Source: Candidatus Pelearchaeum maunauluense (GTDB lineage Archaea; Thermoproteota; Nitrososphaeria_A; Caldarchaeales; Caldarchaeaceae). Taken from it: a DNA stretch of 64,000 nucleotides. Both the position numbers and the translations under genes were made by a program. This document shows, piece after piece, positions 30,136 through 39,641 of the stretch; position 1 is the stretch's first letter, and every line of letters starts with the position of its first letter. The notes beneath the pieces are model-generated. The model was given only the letters and a program-made list of their open reading frames with translations. It did no database searches and was not told the origin of the DNA. The DNA lies in assembly GCA_030059675.1 (NCBI GenBank), contig JANVYQ010000003.1, positions 64,001 through 128,000 of the forward strand, given 5' to 3'.

Positions 30136-30972
30136 CTAGTCTTTTTTGTATGCTCTGATGACCAGCGGAAGAGCTGTCATGAGATATGCGAGCTGTATTG
30201 CTAGTCTCCCTATCTCGGCTTTTACCGTATAGCCGAATAATACCGCAAATATCGAGCCTATGACGTTTTTGTCGTGTAGTAGGCTGTCTGTTGGTATAGG
30301 TAGCGCGTATGCCGTTTGTGCGAACCAGCCGAGTGAGATTCCGCTATCCTCGGCAAATTCTATAAGCTCATGCGTCCCGTAGCCAGCTAGACCACCGGCC
30401 AAAAGTACCAATAATATGCTGGTTATGTAAAAGAACCGTCTTATGTTTAGACGCATTCCTATGAAGAATAGAGCATATGCTAACGCGACTGCTACAGCTG
30501 CTCCTAAGAAAGAACCTATTGATGATGATAGTGGGTTTCGGACTAGGAATGGAATTATGAAGAGCACTGTTTCAAGACCTTCGCGGAATACTATTACGAA
30601 TGAAAATGCTGTAAGTCCTATCACTGTTCCGCGCGTAGTAATCTGTTCCACCCTGCTCTCGATTTCTGTTTTTATTGATTTAGCCTTGGTGGCCATCCAG
30701 AGTATCATGGTTGAGAGCACGACAACTGCCAGCCATGCGGCTACTCCTTCAAACAGTGCCTTTGTAGCACCACTAAGAGCGCCATATAGCATCCAGCTTA
30801 GCGAGCCCAACAATATGCTTGCGAATAGAGCAGTATAGACGCCGTACTTAACGTATTTCGTGAGTATTTTCCTGCCTGTTTTTGAGAGATACGCGAGAAT
30901 TATTGAGACGATGAGCGCAGCTTCAAAACCTTCACGCAGTGTTATGAGCGCTTCTGCGAATACCATTCTCAT
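30136..30972 (-). CDS. FTR1-family high-affinity iron permease
   Basis: Two RExxE motifs (REGFE, REGLE) in TM helices. Confidence 0.93.
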   Translation of the reverse strand: MRMVFAEALITLREGFEAALIVSIILAYLSKTGRKILTKYVKYGVYTALFASILLGSLSWMLYGALSGATKALFEGVAAWLAVVVLSTMILWMATKAKSIKTEIESRVEQITTRGTVIGLTAFSFVIVFREGLETVLFIIPFLVRNPLSSSIGSFLGAAVAVALAYALFFIGMRLNIRRFFYITSILLVLLAGGLAGYGTHELIEFAEDSGISLGWFAQTAYALPIPTDSLLHDKNVIGSIFAVLFGYTVKAEIGRLAIQLAYLMTALPLVIRAYKKD

Positions 30973-31038
30973 CTACACCTTGTGAGCCAGTTTTTGCCGA
31001 CCACGTCTATAACGGTGTTATAGTTCTATTTAACCTTC

Positions 31039-31066
31039 ACTTTGTGAAATAATTATTTCACAAAGT
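31039..31066. promoter_or_regulatory. Perfect 28-bp palindrome, candidate operator
   Basis: ACTTTGTGAAATAA|TTATTTCACAAAGT, adjacent to a minus-strand TATA-like TTAAATA (31027-31033). A related GTGAAAT..TTCAC site is at 31090-31111. Confidence 0.75.
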
Positions 31067-31144
31067 TACTCACAAGGTATTTAATTACCGTGAAATATAG
31101 GTAATCTTCACACCGTTAAATAGTTAATCGCGGTGTGAAAATTG

Positions 31145-31885
31145 ATGATGAACCTGAGGGCGGAGAAGATAATTCCAGGAGTTAGGGCTGTGCTTGCCCG
31201 TCTTTTGGTTGAGAAGTATGGCTTGAAGAAGGTTGAGGTTGCTAGAGCTCTTGGCTTGAGTCCGCAGGCTGTTACTCAGTATCTTACGGGTGCGCGTGCT
31301 GGGGATGCGGCGGAGATGCTAAAGCACCAACAAGTATTGACGTTGATAGAGGATTTGGCAGCCAAGATAGCGGCAAGAGGAGGCCAGCTTATGCAGGCCG
31401 AGATAATAGACCTGGCTTTCGAGATAGCTTCGATAATCCAGTCAAAGCCTGAGGAAGAAAAGGCAGAAGCTATTCCAACTGATGTTAGAGAGAAGTTGCT
31501 GAAGACCCTACGAGCAAGGCTTCAGGCCGAGCAGGAGGCTGCCGAGCTGTTTATGGGTGTTGCGGCGAAGATGCGTAATGATTTGAGCAGACTTCTATTT
31601 AGGCAGATAGCCAGCGACAGCATAAGACACGCAGACATAGTAATGGCCACAATATCAGCGATAGAGCGGGGTGAAAACACCCCAGTAGATTTCCCAGAAG
31701 AGAAAGAGCTTAAGAAATTGCTAGAGAATGAAGAAACGGCTCATGTCCATAGTCTTGAAGATGTTAGGCACCTAATACAGAACGATGTCATAGGGCTGCT
31801 CATAGATTCTATTGAGGCTGACGAGGAGAAGCACGCGAAGATACTGGCTAAACTGATTAGCATTAAACAGCAGAAAAAGCAGTAA
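31145..31885 (+). CDS. Putative iron-responsive regulator: COG2522/ThiR-type HTH plus ferritin/rubrerythrin-like domain
   Basis: IPGVRAVLARLL..YGL...EVARALGLSPQAVTQYL.G.R HTH. C-terminal E..DSIRH and E..DEEKH paired diiron-type motifs. Confidence 0.75.
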   Translation: MMNLRAEKIIPGVRAVLARLLVEKYGLKKVEVARALGLSPQAVTQYLTGARAGDAAEMLKHQQVLTLIEDLAAKIAARGGQLMQAEIIDLAFEIASIIQSKPEEEKAEAIPTDVREKLLKTLRARLQAEQEAAELFMGVAAKMRNDLSRLLFRQIASDSIRHADIVMATISAIERGENTPVDFPEEKELKKLLENEETAHVHSLEDVRHLIQNDVIGLLIDSIEADEEKHAKILAKLISIKQQKKQ

Positions 31886-31889
31886 ATAT

Positions 31890-32120
31890 CTACTCTTCTG
31901 GGGTTTTTAGGCCGAGCTTCTGCCGTAGCCTAACTATCCTCTCCCTATGCTCGCGTACGAGGGGCCCGATATCTTTGGGTGCCTCATAGCCATGCTTCTC
32001 GCGCATAGAAATCTTGAACAAAGCCCATCTGCGGGCCAGCTCGTCAAGCTCCTCTGAAGTTATCTCAGCCCGTAGAATCTCTTTAGCTATGCTATCAAAC
32101 TCGTCCCTACCATCTTGCAT
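31890..32120 (-). CDS. Hypothetical protein (76 aa, helical)
   Basis: ORF fills the gap between convergent and divergent neighbours; no motif recognised. Confidence 0.6.
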   Translation of the reverse strand: MQDGRDEFDSIAKEILRAEITSEELDELARRWALFKISMREKHGYEAPKDIGPLVREHRERIVRLRQKLGLKTPEE

Positions 32121-32189
32121 ACCCTGTACCTCTATGTCCAGACTCAGATTTAAATACGCGGTAAAAACAGATTCGCAAGGTGCCTAAAC

Positions 32190-32546
32190 ATGGCATCATA
32201 TGACGCGCTTATAATCTACCTAGTTCTAGTAGTGATACTCCCTCTACTATTCTGGGGTATGAACAAGCTTCTGGGCCCCCGTAGGCCCCAGAGAAAGAAG
32301 AGTATAGCCTTTGAGTGTGGGCAGGAGCCTATGCGATGGAGGCCATCTCCCTTCCCATTTGAATATTTCCCATACGCCATAATCTATGTGGCTTACGCGG
32401 TTTTGGCTGTTGTTGCGTTTCTCACATCGGTAACGCTGATAGATAGACCAGACGCGGCTCTTCGCGTGATATTGATACTCGCTATAATAAGCGCCTCGTC
32501 AATCTATTTGGCGCTAAACCTTAGAGACCTAGGGCAGAGGTTGTAG
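32190..32546 (+). CDS. nuoA: NADH-quinone oxidoreductase subunit A
   Basis: 3 TM helices, K...FECG loop, directly upstream of nuoH. Confidence 0.88.
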   Translation: MASYDALIIYLVLVVILPLLFWGMNKLLGPRRPQRKKSIAFECGQEPMRWRPSPFPFEYFPYAIIYVAYAVLAVVAFLTSVTLIDRPDAALRVILILAIISASSIYLALNLRDLGQRL

Positions 32547-32550
32547 TGAT

Positions 32551-33588
32551 ATGCCACTAACAGCTCAAATCCTTCCTCCACCAATCGAGCAGCTCATAAA
32601 CTTCATCGCAAGTGACGCGTTTGTTAAAGCAGTTATATTTCCAGGCGTCATATTTGTATCAGTCTTTGGGCTTTTTACTGTCTGGTATGAGAGAAAGTTG
32701 CTGGCGCGTGTGATGTTGCGTATAGGTCCTCTGCATGTCGGTAAGTATGCTGGTCTTCTGCAAGTTGTAGCGGATACTGTAAAGTTCCTAGCCAAAGAGT
32801 ATATTGTCCCAGAAACTGCTAGACGCCGTTTATTCGTACTAATGCCGATGCTCGGCGTGGTTATTAATGCGCTTCTATTTGCATTCCTCCCCTTCGGCCC
32901 TATGTGGCTCATATTCCCATCAGACATAAGCATACTCCTCTTCTTCGTCTTAGTGGCTATCTCTCCTCTACCGCTCATACTGGCTGGCTGGGCGTCTGGA
33001 AACAAATACAGCCTGATAGGCATCGTTAGATTCGCCTTCCAGATATTCGCATACGAGATACCGTTGTTCCTAGCTCTTACTGGTGTTATCGTGATGGCTC
33101 GTTCATTTGATATAGTTAAGATAGTTGAAGCCCAAGCATCCATGCCGTTCATCGTACCGCAGATAATTGGGTTCTTGGCTTTCTTCATAACCTTGGTGAG
33201 CGAAGTAGAGCGGATCCCCTTTGATATGCCAACAGCCGAGCAGGAGCTTGTAGAGGGATGGATGGTGGAATTCTCCTCCTATGGATTCTTAATGCTTCAG
33301 TTAGCAAATTACCTAAAGCTAGACGCGCTAGTAGTACTAACGGCCCTCCTATACCTAGGTGGGTGGTACGGGCCAGCCATACCTGGAATACCAGACTTCA
33401 TACTAGCTCCCCTCTGGGTTCTCCTAAAATCCCTAGTCATACTAGCAGCCATACTCCTCCTAAGAGGAACTTATCCACGGATAACGATTAAGAAAATATT
33501 AGACCTGGGTTGGCGGGTTCTCATACCGATGACGTTGCTAAACCTGCTCATAGTAAGTGTTATTATGACTATTCCCCAGCTCCTCTAA
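32551..33588 (+). CDS. nuoH: NADH-quinone oxidoreductase subunit H
   Basis: ERKLLAR...RIGP, GLLQVVADTVK, SGNKYSLIG, RIPFDMPTAEQELVEG. Confidence 0.95.
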   Translation: MPLTAQILPPPIEQLINFIASDAFVKAVIFPGVIFVSVFGLFTVWYERKLLARVMLRIGPLHVGKYAGLLQVVADTVKFLAKEYIVPETARRRLFVLMPMLGVVINALLFAFLPFGPMWLIFPSDISILLFFVLVAISPLPLILAGWASGNKYSLIGIVRFAFQIFAYEIPLFLALTGVIVMARSFDIVKIVEAQASMPFIVPQIIGFLAFFITLVSEVERIPFDMPTAEQELVEGWMVEFSSYGFLMLQLANYLKLDALVVLTALLYLGGWYGPAIPGIPDFILAPLWVLLKSLVILAAILLLRGTYPRITIKKILDLGWRVLIPMTLLNLLIVSVIMTIPQLL

Positions 33589-33977
33589 CGGCCTGCTATT
33601 CTCTCCGCCGCTATCTTCAGAATAACTCTAGTCTCTCTACCCTTCCATGGATATTTTTCCTTCCCTAGATACTTCTTGGCAAGCGAGTCTATATGCTCGT
33701 CAGCGCCATCTGTGGTCTGCTCAATCACACGGCCACGTATCATATACGCTTTATACGGATTATTCCAGTCCACTATCGCTATAGCAACACGCGGGTCTCT
33801 GCTAACGTTACGTTGCTTCACTCTCCCCACCGCGGTATTCACGCGTATTGTGTCGTCTTCTCTATCAATCCATACAGGCGTAACCTGAGGCGAGCCGTCA
33901 GGCATTATTGTTGCCAGAAAAGCAAAATTCTTACTGTCTATCATCTTCTTTAGTTCTTCGGGCAGTTCCAATACCAT
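33585..33977 (-). CDS. PPOX-class (split barrel) putative F420-dependent oxidoreductase
   Basis: LATIMPDGSPQVTPVW, KQRNVSRDPRV, HIDSLAKKYLG. Confidence 0.88.
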   Translation of the reverse strand: MVLELPEELKKMIDSKNFAFLATIMPDGSPQVTPVWIDREDDTIRVNTAVGRVKQRNVSRDPRVAIAIVDWNNPYKAYMIRGRVIEQTTDGADEHIDSLAKKYLGKEKYPWKGRETRVILKIAAERIAGR

Positions 33978-34018
33978 GCAATATAATTAATGAGGGGTGA
34001 AAATATGGTTTTCGTATA

Positions 34019-34396
34019 CTACCCCTTCCGCATTCGCTTCAGCTTGAATTCTAGGCCAGTGGCTATAAGGTTGGCGCGAGTTATAGCATATACCACCTGG
34101 TTTGATATGCGGGCATGTAACATGCTATCCACGTTACCGCCATTCTCACGCCATTTGCTATATATTGATACAATGTTATTGTTCAAGTCATCATAGCCAG
34201 CCATAATTTTCAAAAATTCCTGATTATTCTTGAGTTGTTCATTTGTCTGATACGCCTTTTCTATGTATGAATAGTCTTCCTCGTCAAGAAACTTTCTTAA
34301 GTAGTAGATTAGCTCCTTAATCTTTGTACGGCATTCAAGCATGGTAGCACGTTGTGACGCTGTTATTTCATGCGAAGCGCTCATTCTATCCGCCAC
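34019..34396 (-). CDS. Conserved hypothetical protein overlapping the end of nuoI
   Basis: 125-aa helical ORF overlapping the nuoI stop; C-terminus RANLIATGLEFKLKRMRKG. Confidence 0.7.
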   Translation of the reverse strand: MADRMSASHEITASQRATMLECRTKIKELIYYLRKFLDEEDYSYIEKAYQTNEQLKNNQEFLKIMAGYDDLNNNIVSIYSKWRENGGNVDSMLHARISNQVVYAITRANLIATGLEFKLKRMRKG

Positions 34397-35306
34397 CTCG
34401 TAGTATTAGATGTAGTCTTTCAAACCAGCCAAGCTCGGCAGGCGGCTGTGTTCTCGGAGGACTGGCCAGCTTCCTCGGGTCATAATAGAGAGAGATACGG
34501 TCTGTTGCTGACAGCTCATATTCGGGAGACATTTCCAAGGCGTAGAATGGGCATGCATCAACACAGAATCCACAGAATACGCATCTACCATAATCTACAG
34601 ATGGGAAGTATGACTTCTTATTCTGGGGCATACCCTCATCTATCTTTACGACTCCCAGTCTTATCTTTAAGTCGTCACGGGTTATCTCGTGATACTCGTC
34701 TTCTTTATCGGCTCCCTCAACAGTGACGGGCTTAACGCTCCAACCATTCTCAGAGCACCAGCGTAGGAACTCGGAGAAATGCTTCTCTATCACCGCCTCG
34801 GAGCGATAGTCATATATGGGGTCTAGGTTTAGCTTCCACACATAGCTGCTATCCTTCTGCTGTACGCTGCGAATGTCAGACCATGCGACTGGGATAACTG
34901 GGTGAGATACTGATAGGTTATGCTCACTATGCTGCTTAGGCGATAAGCTATCCACCAAAGCCTCCATAAGCTCCACAACAGTCTTCTCCCCCCTCTTTAG
35001 AGCATCGTAGAAAGCCTTATCAAAATGCAGTAAGACATTAAACCCATACACCATAGTTATTGCCTCTGAAATATTCTGGCACGCTATATCACAAAGACTA
35101 CAACCCGTGCATTTATTCATGTGTAGGACGTGTCTCCCCTTAAAGCCAGGGTAGGCTATGCCCGCCTTTGGGTCGTATCTAAAGTTCTCTCCTGTAACGT
35201 TTTCTATCCTCTCATAAGGATACTTGACAGTCACGGGTGTCATGAATATGTGTTTTACCGCAACTACAAACGGCTTAATTACACGCGAGACTTGGCTGAG
35301 CGACAC
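34386..35306 (-). CDS. nuoI: NADH-quinone oxidoreductase subunit I with a large internal insertion
   Basis: PVTVKYP, GFKGRH, CTGCSLCDIAC and DYGRCVFCGFCVDACP ferredoxin motifs. Confidence 0.88.
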   Translation of the reverse strand: MSLSQVSRVIKPFVVAVKHIFMTPVTVKYPYERIENVTGENFRYDPKAGIAYPGFKGRHVLHMNKCTGCSLCDIACQNISEAITMVYGFNVLLHFDKAFYDALKRGEKTVVELMEALVDSLSPKQHSEHNLSVSHPVIPVAWSDIRSVQQKDSSYVWKLNLDPIYDYRSEAVIEKHFSEFLRWCSENGWSVKPVTVEGADKEDEYHEITRDDLKIRLGVVKIDEGMPQNKKSYFPSVDYGRCVFCGFCVDACPFYALEMSPEYELSATDRISLYYDPRKLASPPRTQPPAELGWFERLHLILRGGG

Positions 35307-35369
35307 GTCCTAAACACCTACTACGCAGCTGCCAGACTTGGGTTTTCCCTCCCTAAATAGATAGCCTAG

Positions 35370-36449
35370 CTAGTCGGGGCTTTTGCTCTCCGAGCCCATC
35401 TTGGCGTGGGCTATTATGCTTATCTGGCCAGCAACCTGGCGGCACAGAGCTCTAAACGCATCGGCTGACGACGAGTCTGGCTTAGCTATAACAATGGGCG
35501 TTCCTAGGTCATGGTGCTCCCGTATTTCTGGATTGAGAGGAAGCTCGCCTAAGAAGGGGACATTCATGCTCTTAGCCACTGCTTTAGCGCCACCGCTTCC
35601 AAAGATGCCAGTACGCTTATGGCAGTGCGGGCACTCAAAGTAGCTCATGTTCTCAACAACTCCTATTATTGGAATGCCAAGCTTGGAGAACATCCGCAAA
35701 GCCTTCGAAGCTATAGCTACAGCCGCTTCCTGTGGTGTTGTTACTATTACGACGCCTGTCAGAGGTATAGTTTGGGCCAGCGTTAGAGGCGCGTCACCTG
35801 TACCGGGCGGTAGGTCTACGATTAGGTAGTCAAGCTCCCCCCACTCGGCGTCGGTCAGCAGTTGTTTGACCGCCCCGGCCACCAACGGGCCACGCCATAT
35901 AACTGGAGAATCATCCTGAACAAAAAGGCCGAGAGACATCACCTTAACGTTAAGAAATGTAGTGGCTGGTATAACCTTCCCAGTAGGCGACCTGTCAGGG
36001 AGGTTGGTAATCTTGATTATCTTTGGTATCGTTGGTCCGTATATATCGGCGTCTAGTAAGCCTACTTTTGCTCCTGTCCCGGCCAGCGCGAGAGCTAGGT
36101 TCACGGCTACAGTAGATTTTCCTACACCACCCTTGCCGCTTGCTATTGCTACGACGTTCTTGATGTTGGTGAATAGGTCTTCTGGGGATATGGGCCGGGC
36201 AGACCATACGCGCGCTGTAACCTTCATATCAACGTCGCTCACACCTGGTATGCTGGCAACTGCTTGTCGTGCTTCGCGTTCAATCTGAGCGTTGAATGGA
36301 CATGCTGGGGTTGTGAGTTCTAGAGTAAAGCTGACCCTTCCGCCTTCAACTTTCACATCCTTAATCATGCCGAGAGACACGATATCCCGCCCAAGCTCAG
36401 GGTCTACGACCCTCTTCAGCGATTGTATAACGTCCTTTTCACTGGGCAA
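35370..36449 (-). CDS. mrp: Mrp/NBP35 (ApbC) Fe-S carrier ATPase with N-terminal DUF59 domain
   Basis: VDPELGRDIV..LTTPACP, SGKGGVGKST, DLPPGTGD, ENMS..CPHC. Confidence 0.95.
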   Translation of the reverse strand: MPSEKDVIQSLKRVVDPELGRDIVSLGMIKDVKVEGGRVSFTLELTTPACPFNAQIEREARQAVASIPGVSDVDMKVTARVWSARPISPEDLFTNIKNVVAIASGKGGVGKSTVAVNLALALAGTGAKVGLLDADIYGPTIPKIIKITNLPDRSPTGKVIPATTFLNVKVMSLGLFVQDDSPVIWRGPLVAGAVKQLLTDAEWGELDYLIVDLPPGTGDAPLTLAQTIPLTGVVIVTTPQEAAVAIASKALRMFSKLGIPIIGVVENMSYFECPHCHKRTGIFGSGGAKAVAKSMNVPFLGELPLNPEIREHHDLGTPIVIAKPDSSSADAFRALCRQVAGQISIIAHAKMGSESKSPD

Positions 36450-36521
36450 ATTTTATCCCACTAACGATTTCTATGCGGGGTTAGTATTTTAGCGTTATCG
36501 GCCTAAAAGATGATGGATAGC

Positions 36522-38117
36522 TTAGGCTCTTAAGCCCAGTTCTGTTGACTTTTGATATGTTCCGAATACTTGTCTCAGTGTATCGGAAATCTCTCCCAGC
36601 GTAGCTCGTGCCTTGACGCACTCTAGTATAGGCGGTACTAGATTATCCTCGCTTTCTGCACTCTCCTTAAGCCGCGTTAAAGATTTCTTAACTTCGCTCA
36701 AGTCGCGTGAATTCCTAAATTGCTTTAAGCGTTCTACCTGTATCTTCTCAAGCTCAGGGTCTACCTTCATCAAGTCAATACGTGGAATCTCTTCACTCTT
36801 GAACATATTAACACCTATGATTATCCTCTCACCTTCCTCAACCTCGCGTTGGAACAAGTATGCGGAATCGCTGATTTCGTTAATCATTCTCGTTATAGCC
36901 TGCTCCAGTGGAAGCTTTCGCAGCTCCTCCAGAAGCTTCCAAGCCCTATTCTCAACCTCATCTGTTAATGCCTCCACGTAGTATGAGCCAGCGAGGGGGT
37001 CTACTGTTGCTGGTATATTAGTTTCATACGCTATTATCTGCTGTATTCTCAGCGCCAGCTTGGCTGATAGCTCTGTAGGTATAGCTAGTGCCTCGTCGTA
37101 CGCGTTTGTATGGAGAGATTGTGTTCCTCCAAGTATTGCGGAGAGAGCTTGCAGCGTTACGCGTGTAATGTTATTCATAGGCTCTATCGCTGTGAGAGAA
37201 GCTCCAGATGTCTGCGTGTGGAATTTAAGCATCATGGACTCGCGTTTTTTAGCACCATACCATTCGCGCATTATCGTTGCCCAGATTCTGCGCGCTGCTC
37301 TAAACTTGGCTATCTCCTCAAAAAAGTCCATACCTGCTACGAAGAAGAAAGAGAGCGTAGGGGCAAACGCGTCAATATCCAACCCACGCTCAAGAGCGCG
37401 CTCAACATATACACATGCATTATAGAATGTGAATGCGAGTTCCTGAACCGCTGTTGCACCTGCTTCGCGTATGTGGTAGCCGCTTATACTTATGGGGTGA
37501 AACTTCGGGACATTTCTAGAAGTGTATTCTATTATATCCACAGCTAGGCGTAGTGAGGGTTCTGGTGGGTAGATGAAGGTATTACGTGCTATAAACTCCT
37601 TTAATATATCATTCTGGACGGTTCCTCTCAACTGTTCTGGTTTTATCCCGTGTCTGGCCGCTTCTGCTATGTAGAAGGATAATAGTATTGCCGCCGTCGA
37701 GTTTATGGTCATGGATGTGCTTACCTTATCCAGTGGTATTCCATCCATTAGGCGGGACATGTCGTCGATTGTTGATATTGCAACACCTACTTTGCCCACC
37801 TCACCAGCGACGCGTGGGTGGTCTGAGTCATAGCCCATCTGTGTAGGTAGGTCAAATGCTACGCTAAGCCCAGTCTGGCCTTGCGATAAGAGGAATCTGA
37901 ATCTCCTGTTTGTTTCTTCGGCGCTACCGAAGCCTGAGTACTGCCGCATGGTCCAGAGTCGCTGCCTATACATCAGGGGATATATCCCGCGTGTGAATGG
38001 ATACTCTCCAGGAAGGCCTAGTTTTTCTGTTAAATTGCGGTCTTTAATGTCCTCCTCGGTATAGAGAGGCTTTATATCAATACCTGACTCGGTTTTCCAG
38101 CTTTTCCTACCCTGCAT
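36522..38117 (-). CDS. Methylmalonyl-CoA mutase, large (substrate-binding) subunit
   Basis: GEYPFTRG, WTMRQYSGFG (Tyr of MCM type), GTVQNDILKE, GYHIREAG. No B12-binding domain. Confidence 0.92.
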   Translation of the reverse strand: MQGRKSWKTESGIDIKPLYTEEDIKDRNLTEKLGLPGEYPFTRGIYPLMYRQRLWTMRQYSGFGSAEETNRRFRFLLSQGQTGLSVAFDLPTQMGYDSDHPRVAGEVGKVGVAISTIDDMSRLMDGIPLDKVSTSMTINSTAAILLSFYIAEAARHGIKPEQLRGTVQNDILKEFIARNTFIYPPEPSLRLAVDIIEYTSRNVPKFHPISISGYHIREAGATAVQELAFTFYNACVYVERALERGLDIDAFAPTLSFFFVAGMDFFEEIAKFRAARRIWATIMREWYGAKKRESMMLKFHTQTSGASLTAIEPMNNITRVTLQALSAILGGTQSLHTNAYDEALAIPTELSAKLALRIQQIIAYETNIPATVDPLAGSYYVEALTDEVENRAWKLLEELRKLPLEQAITRMINEISDSAYLFQREVEEGERIIIGVNMFKSEEIPRIDLMKVDPELEKIQVERLKQFRNSRDLSEVKKSLTRLKESAESEDNLVPPILECVKARATLGEISDTLRQVFGTYQKSTELGLRA

Positions 38118-38155
38118 AGGTTACCAACTCTAGAACAATTATAACCCTAATAGTC

Positions 38156-39091
38156 TTAAACCTTTAACTCATGTCTTAAGCGCTGGGCAATCTCGTGAGC
38201 CGCTGCTTCAATAGTTATCTCACGCTCCAATATCATATCAACGTATTTCCGCATCTCTTTATTGGAATCTATTAACTCAGTTATCTGTGGTGTTAGATGC
38301 TTTATGACCGCAAAAGCCAGCGCGTCTTCTATACGTTTTCTTCGTCTCTGGCTTGTTGAATCTTGTTTTCCCCGCAATTCTAATATTTTCTCGGCAAGCT
38401 CGCGCACACCTTCGCCTGTTAGCGCTGATGTCTTGAGTATCTTGATATTGTTAGGTAATGTGTTTCTGAGTATGTTTATGGTGGCTTCTGCGCCAGGTAT
38501 GTCGGATTTATTCACTACCACTATGTCTGCAATCTCCAGTATGCCCGCTTTAAGGCTCTGAATCTCGTCCCCAGTTTGAGGCATCACGACGAGCATAACA
38601 ACATCAGCTATTCGCGCAACCTCCACATCACTCTGACCAGCGCCTACAGTTTCTATCATTATGACATCTTTCCCAGAGGCCTCAAGAAGTTTCGCAGCGC
38701 CCTCGGCGGCTTCTGAAAGACCCCCAATCCCCCCTCTACTAGCCATACTTCTTATGAATATCCTATCAACCAGCGCTGCGTCAATCATTCTAAGCCTATC
38801 GCCCAGAACAGCCCCACCCGTGAAAGGGCTTGTAGGGTCTATCGCAAGTATCCCAATATCAAGACCTCGTTCAGCGAAATCTAGGGCAAGCCGTCCAAGT
38901 AGTGTGCTCTTGCCCGCTCCAGGAGCTCCTGTAACACCTATAATAAGCGCTTTTCTATCTCTCTTCGGTAGCTGTGCCAAGAAAGCCCTAGCAGCAGCGC
39001 TGTCGGATTCAATCAACGTTATCGCCCGCGCTATTGCCCGTCTATCACCTGAGATAACGCCTCTAACATACTCGTCTACGTTCAAGGACAC
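38156..39091 (-). CDS. meaB: MCM-associated GTPase MeaB
   Basis: GAPGAGKST, AIDPTSPFTGGAVLGDR.RM, ETVGAGQ, NKSD. Confidence 0.95.
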   Translation of the reverse strand: MSLNVDEYVRGVISGDRRAIARAITLIESDSAAARAFLAQLPKRDRKALIIGVTGAPGAGKSTLLGRLALDFAERGLDIGILAIDPTSPFTGGAVLGDRLRMIDAALVDRIFIRSMASRGGIGGLSEAAEGAAKLLEASGKDVIMIETVGAGQSDVEVARIADVVMLVVMPQTGDEIQSLKAGILEIADIVVVNKSDIPGAEATINILRNTLPNNIKILKTSALTGEGVRELAEKILELRGKQDSTSQRRRKRIEDALAFAVIKHLTPQITELIDSNKEMRKYVDMILEREITIEAAAHEIAQRLRHELKV

Positions 39092-39128
39092 TCCAACTCT
39101 CCCATAAGGCTGGTTATTAATTAGGGTT

Positions 39129-39641
39129 TTAAGGCTCCAACTCTATGAGGAGCTGCCCCTTCGCAACGCTTTGGCCTGGTTTGATATGTATCTTCTTCAC
39201 AATACCTCTGTGAGGAGCGCCTATCATTATTTCGGTCTTCATCGATTCCAACACCGCTAGCGGCTGGCCTGCATCTATAACAGCGCCCTCATCAACCATT
39301 AATTTGATAACCTTCCCTGGAAAAGGACATGTAATTACGCCATGCTGAGCCTGCTCTACTGCGGCTCGCCGTGTTGCTGAATATGGTCGTAAAAGCTCAG
39401 CCCTATAAGCTATTCCGCCTAACCAAAGGGTAATTAAATCACTACCAGACCGCTCAACCGCAAATGAGAGACTCCTATCATCACTAGTTTTAAGAACAAT
39501 CTCATCCTCATCCCTACTGACCAACATCACCTCAATCTTTTCCCCATTAATACTAATTACCAGCCTGCCCTCATACTCTTCTGCGACAACAGTAACCCTA
39601 CGTCCATCCAGCGTGAAGCTGATTCTCCTAGATAAGGTCAT
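39129..39641 (-). CDS. Biotin carboxyl carrier protein
   Basis: ESMKT biotinylation motif in the C-terminal biotinyl domain; overlaps the biotin carboxylase gene. Confidence 0.9.
   Translation of the reverse strand: MTLSRRISFTLDGRRVTVVAEEYEGRLVISINGEKIEVMLVSRDEDEIVLKTSDDRSLSFAVERSGSDLITLWLGGIAYRAELLRPYSATRRAAVEQAQHGVITCPFPGKVIKLMVDEGAVIDAGQPLAVLESMKTEIMIGAPHRGIVKKIHIKPGQSVAKGQLLIELEP

Noticed and set aside
34647-35048. Intein or intron as the cause of the NuoI insertion
   Set aside because: No intein terminal residues or LAGLIDADG blocks, the frame is open, and I noticed no BHB at the junctions.
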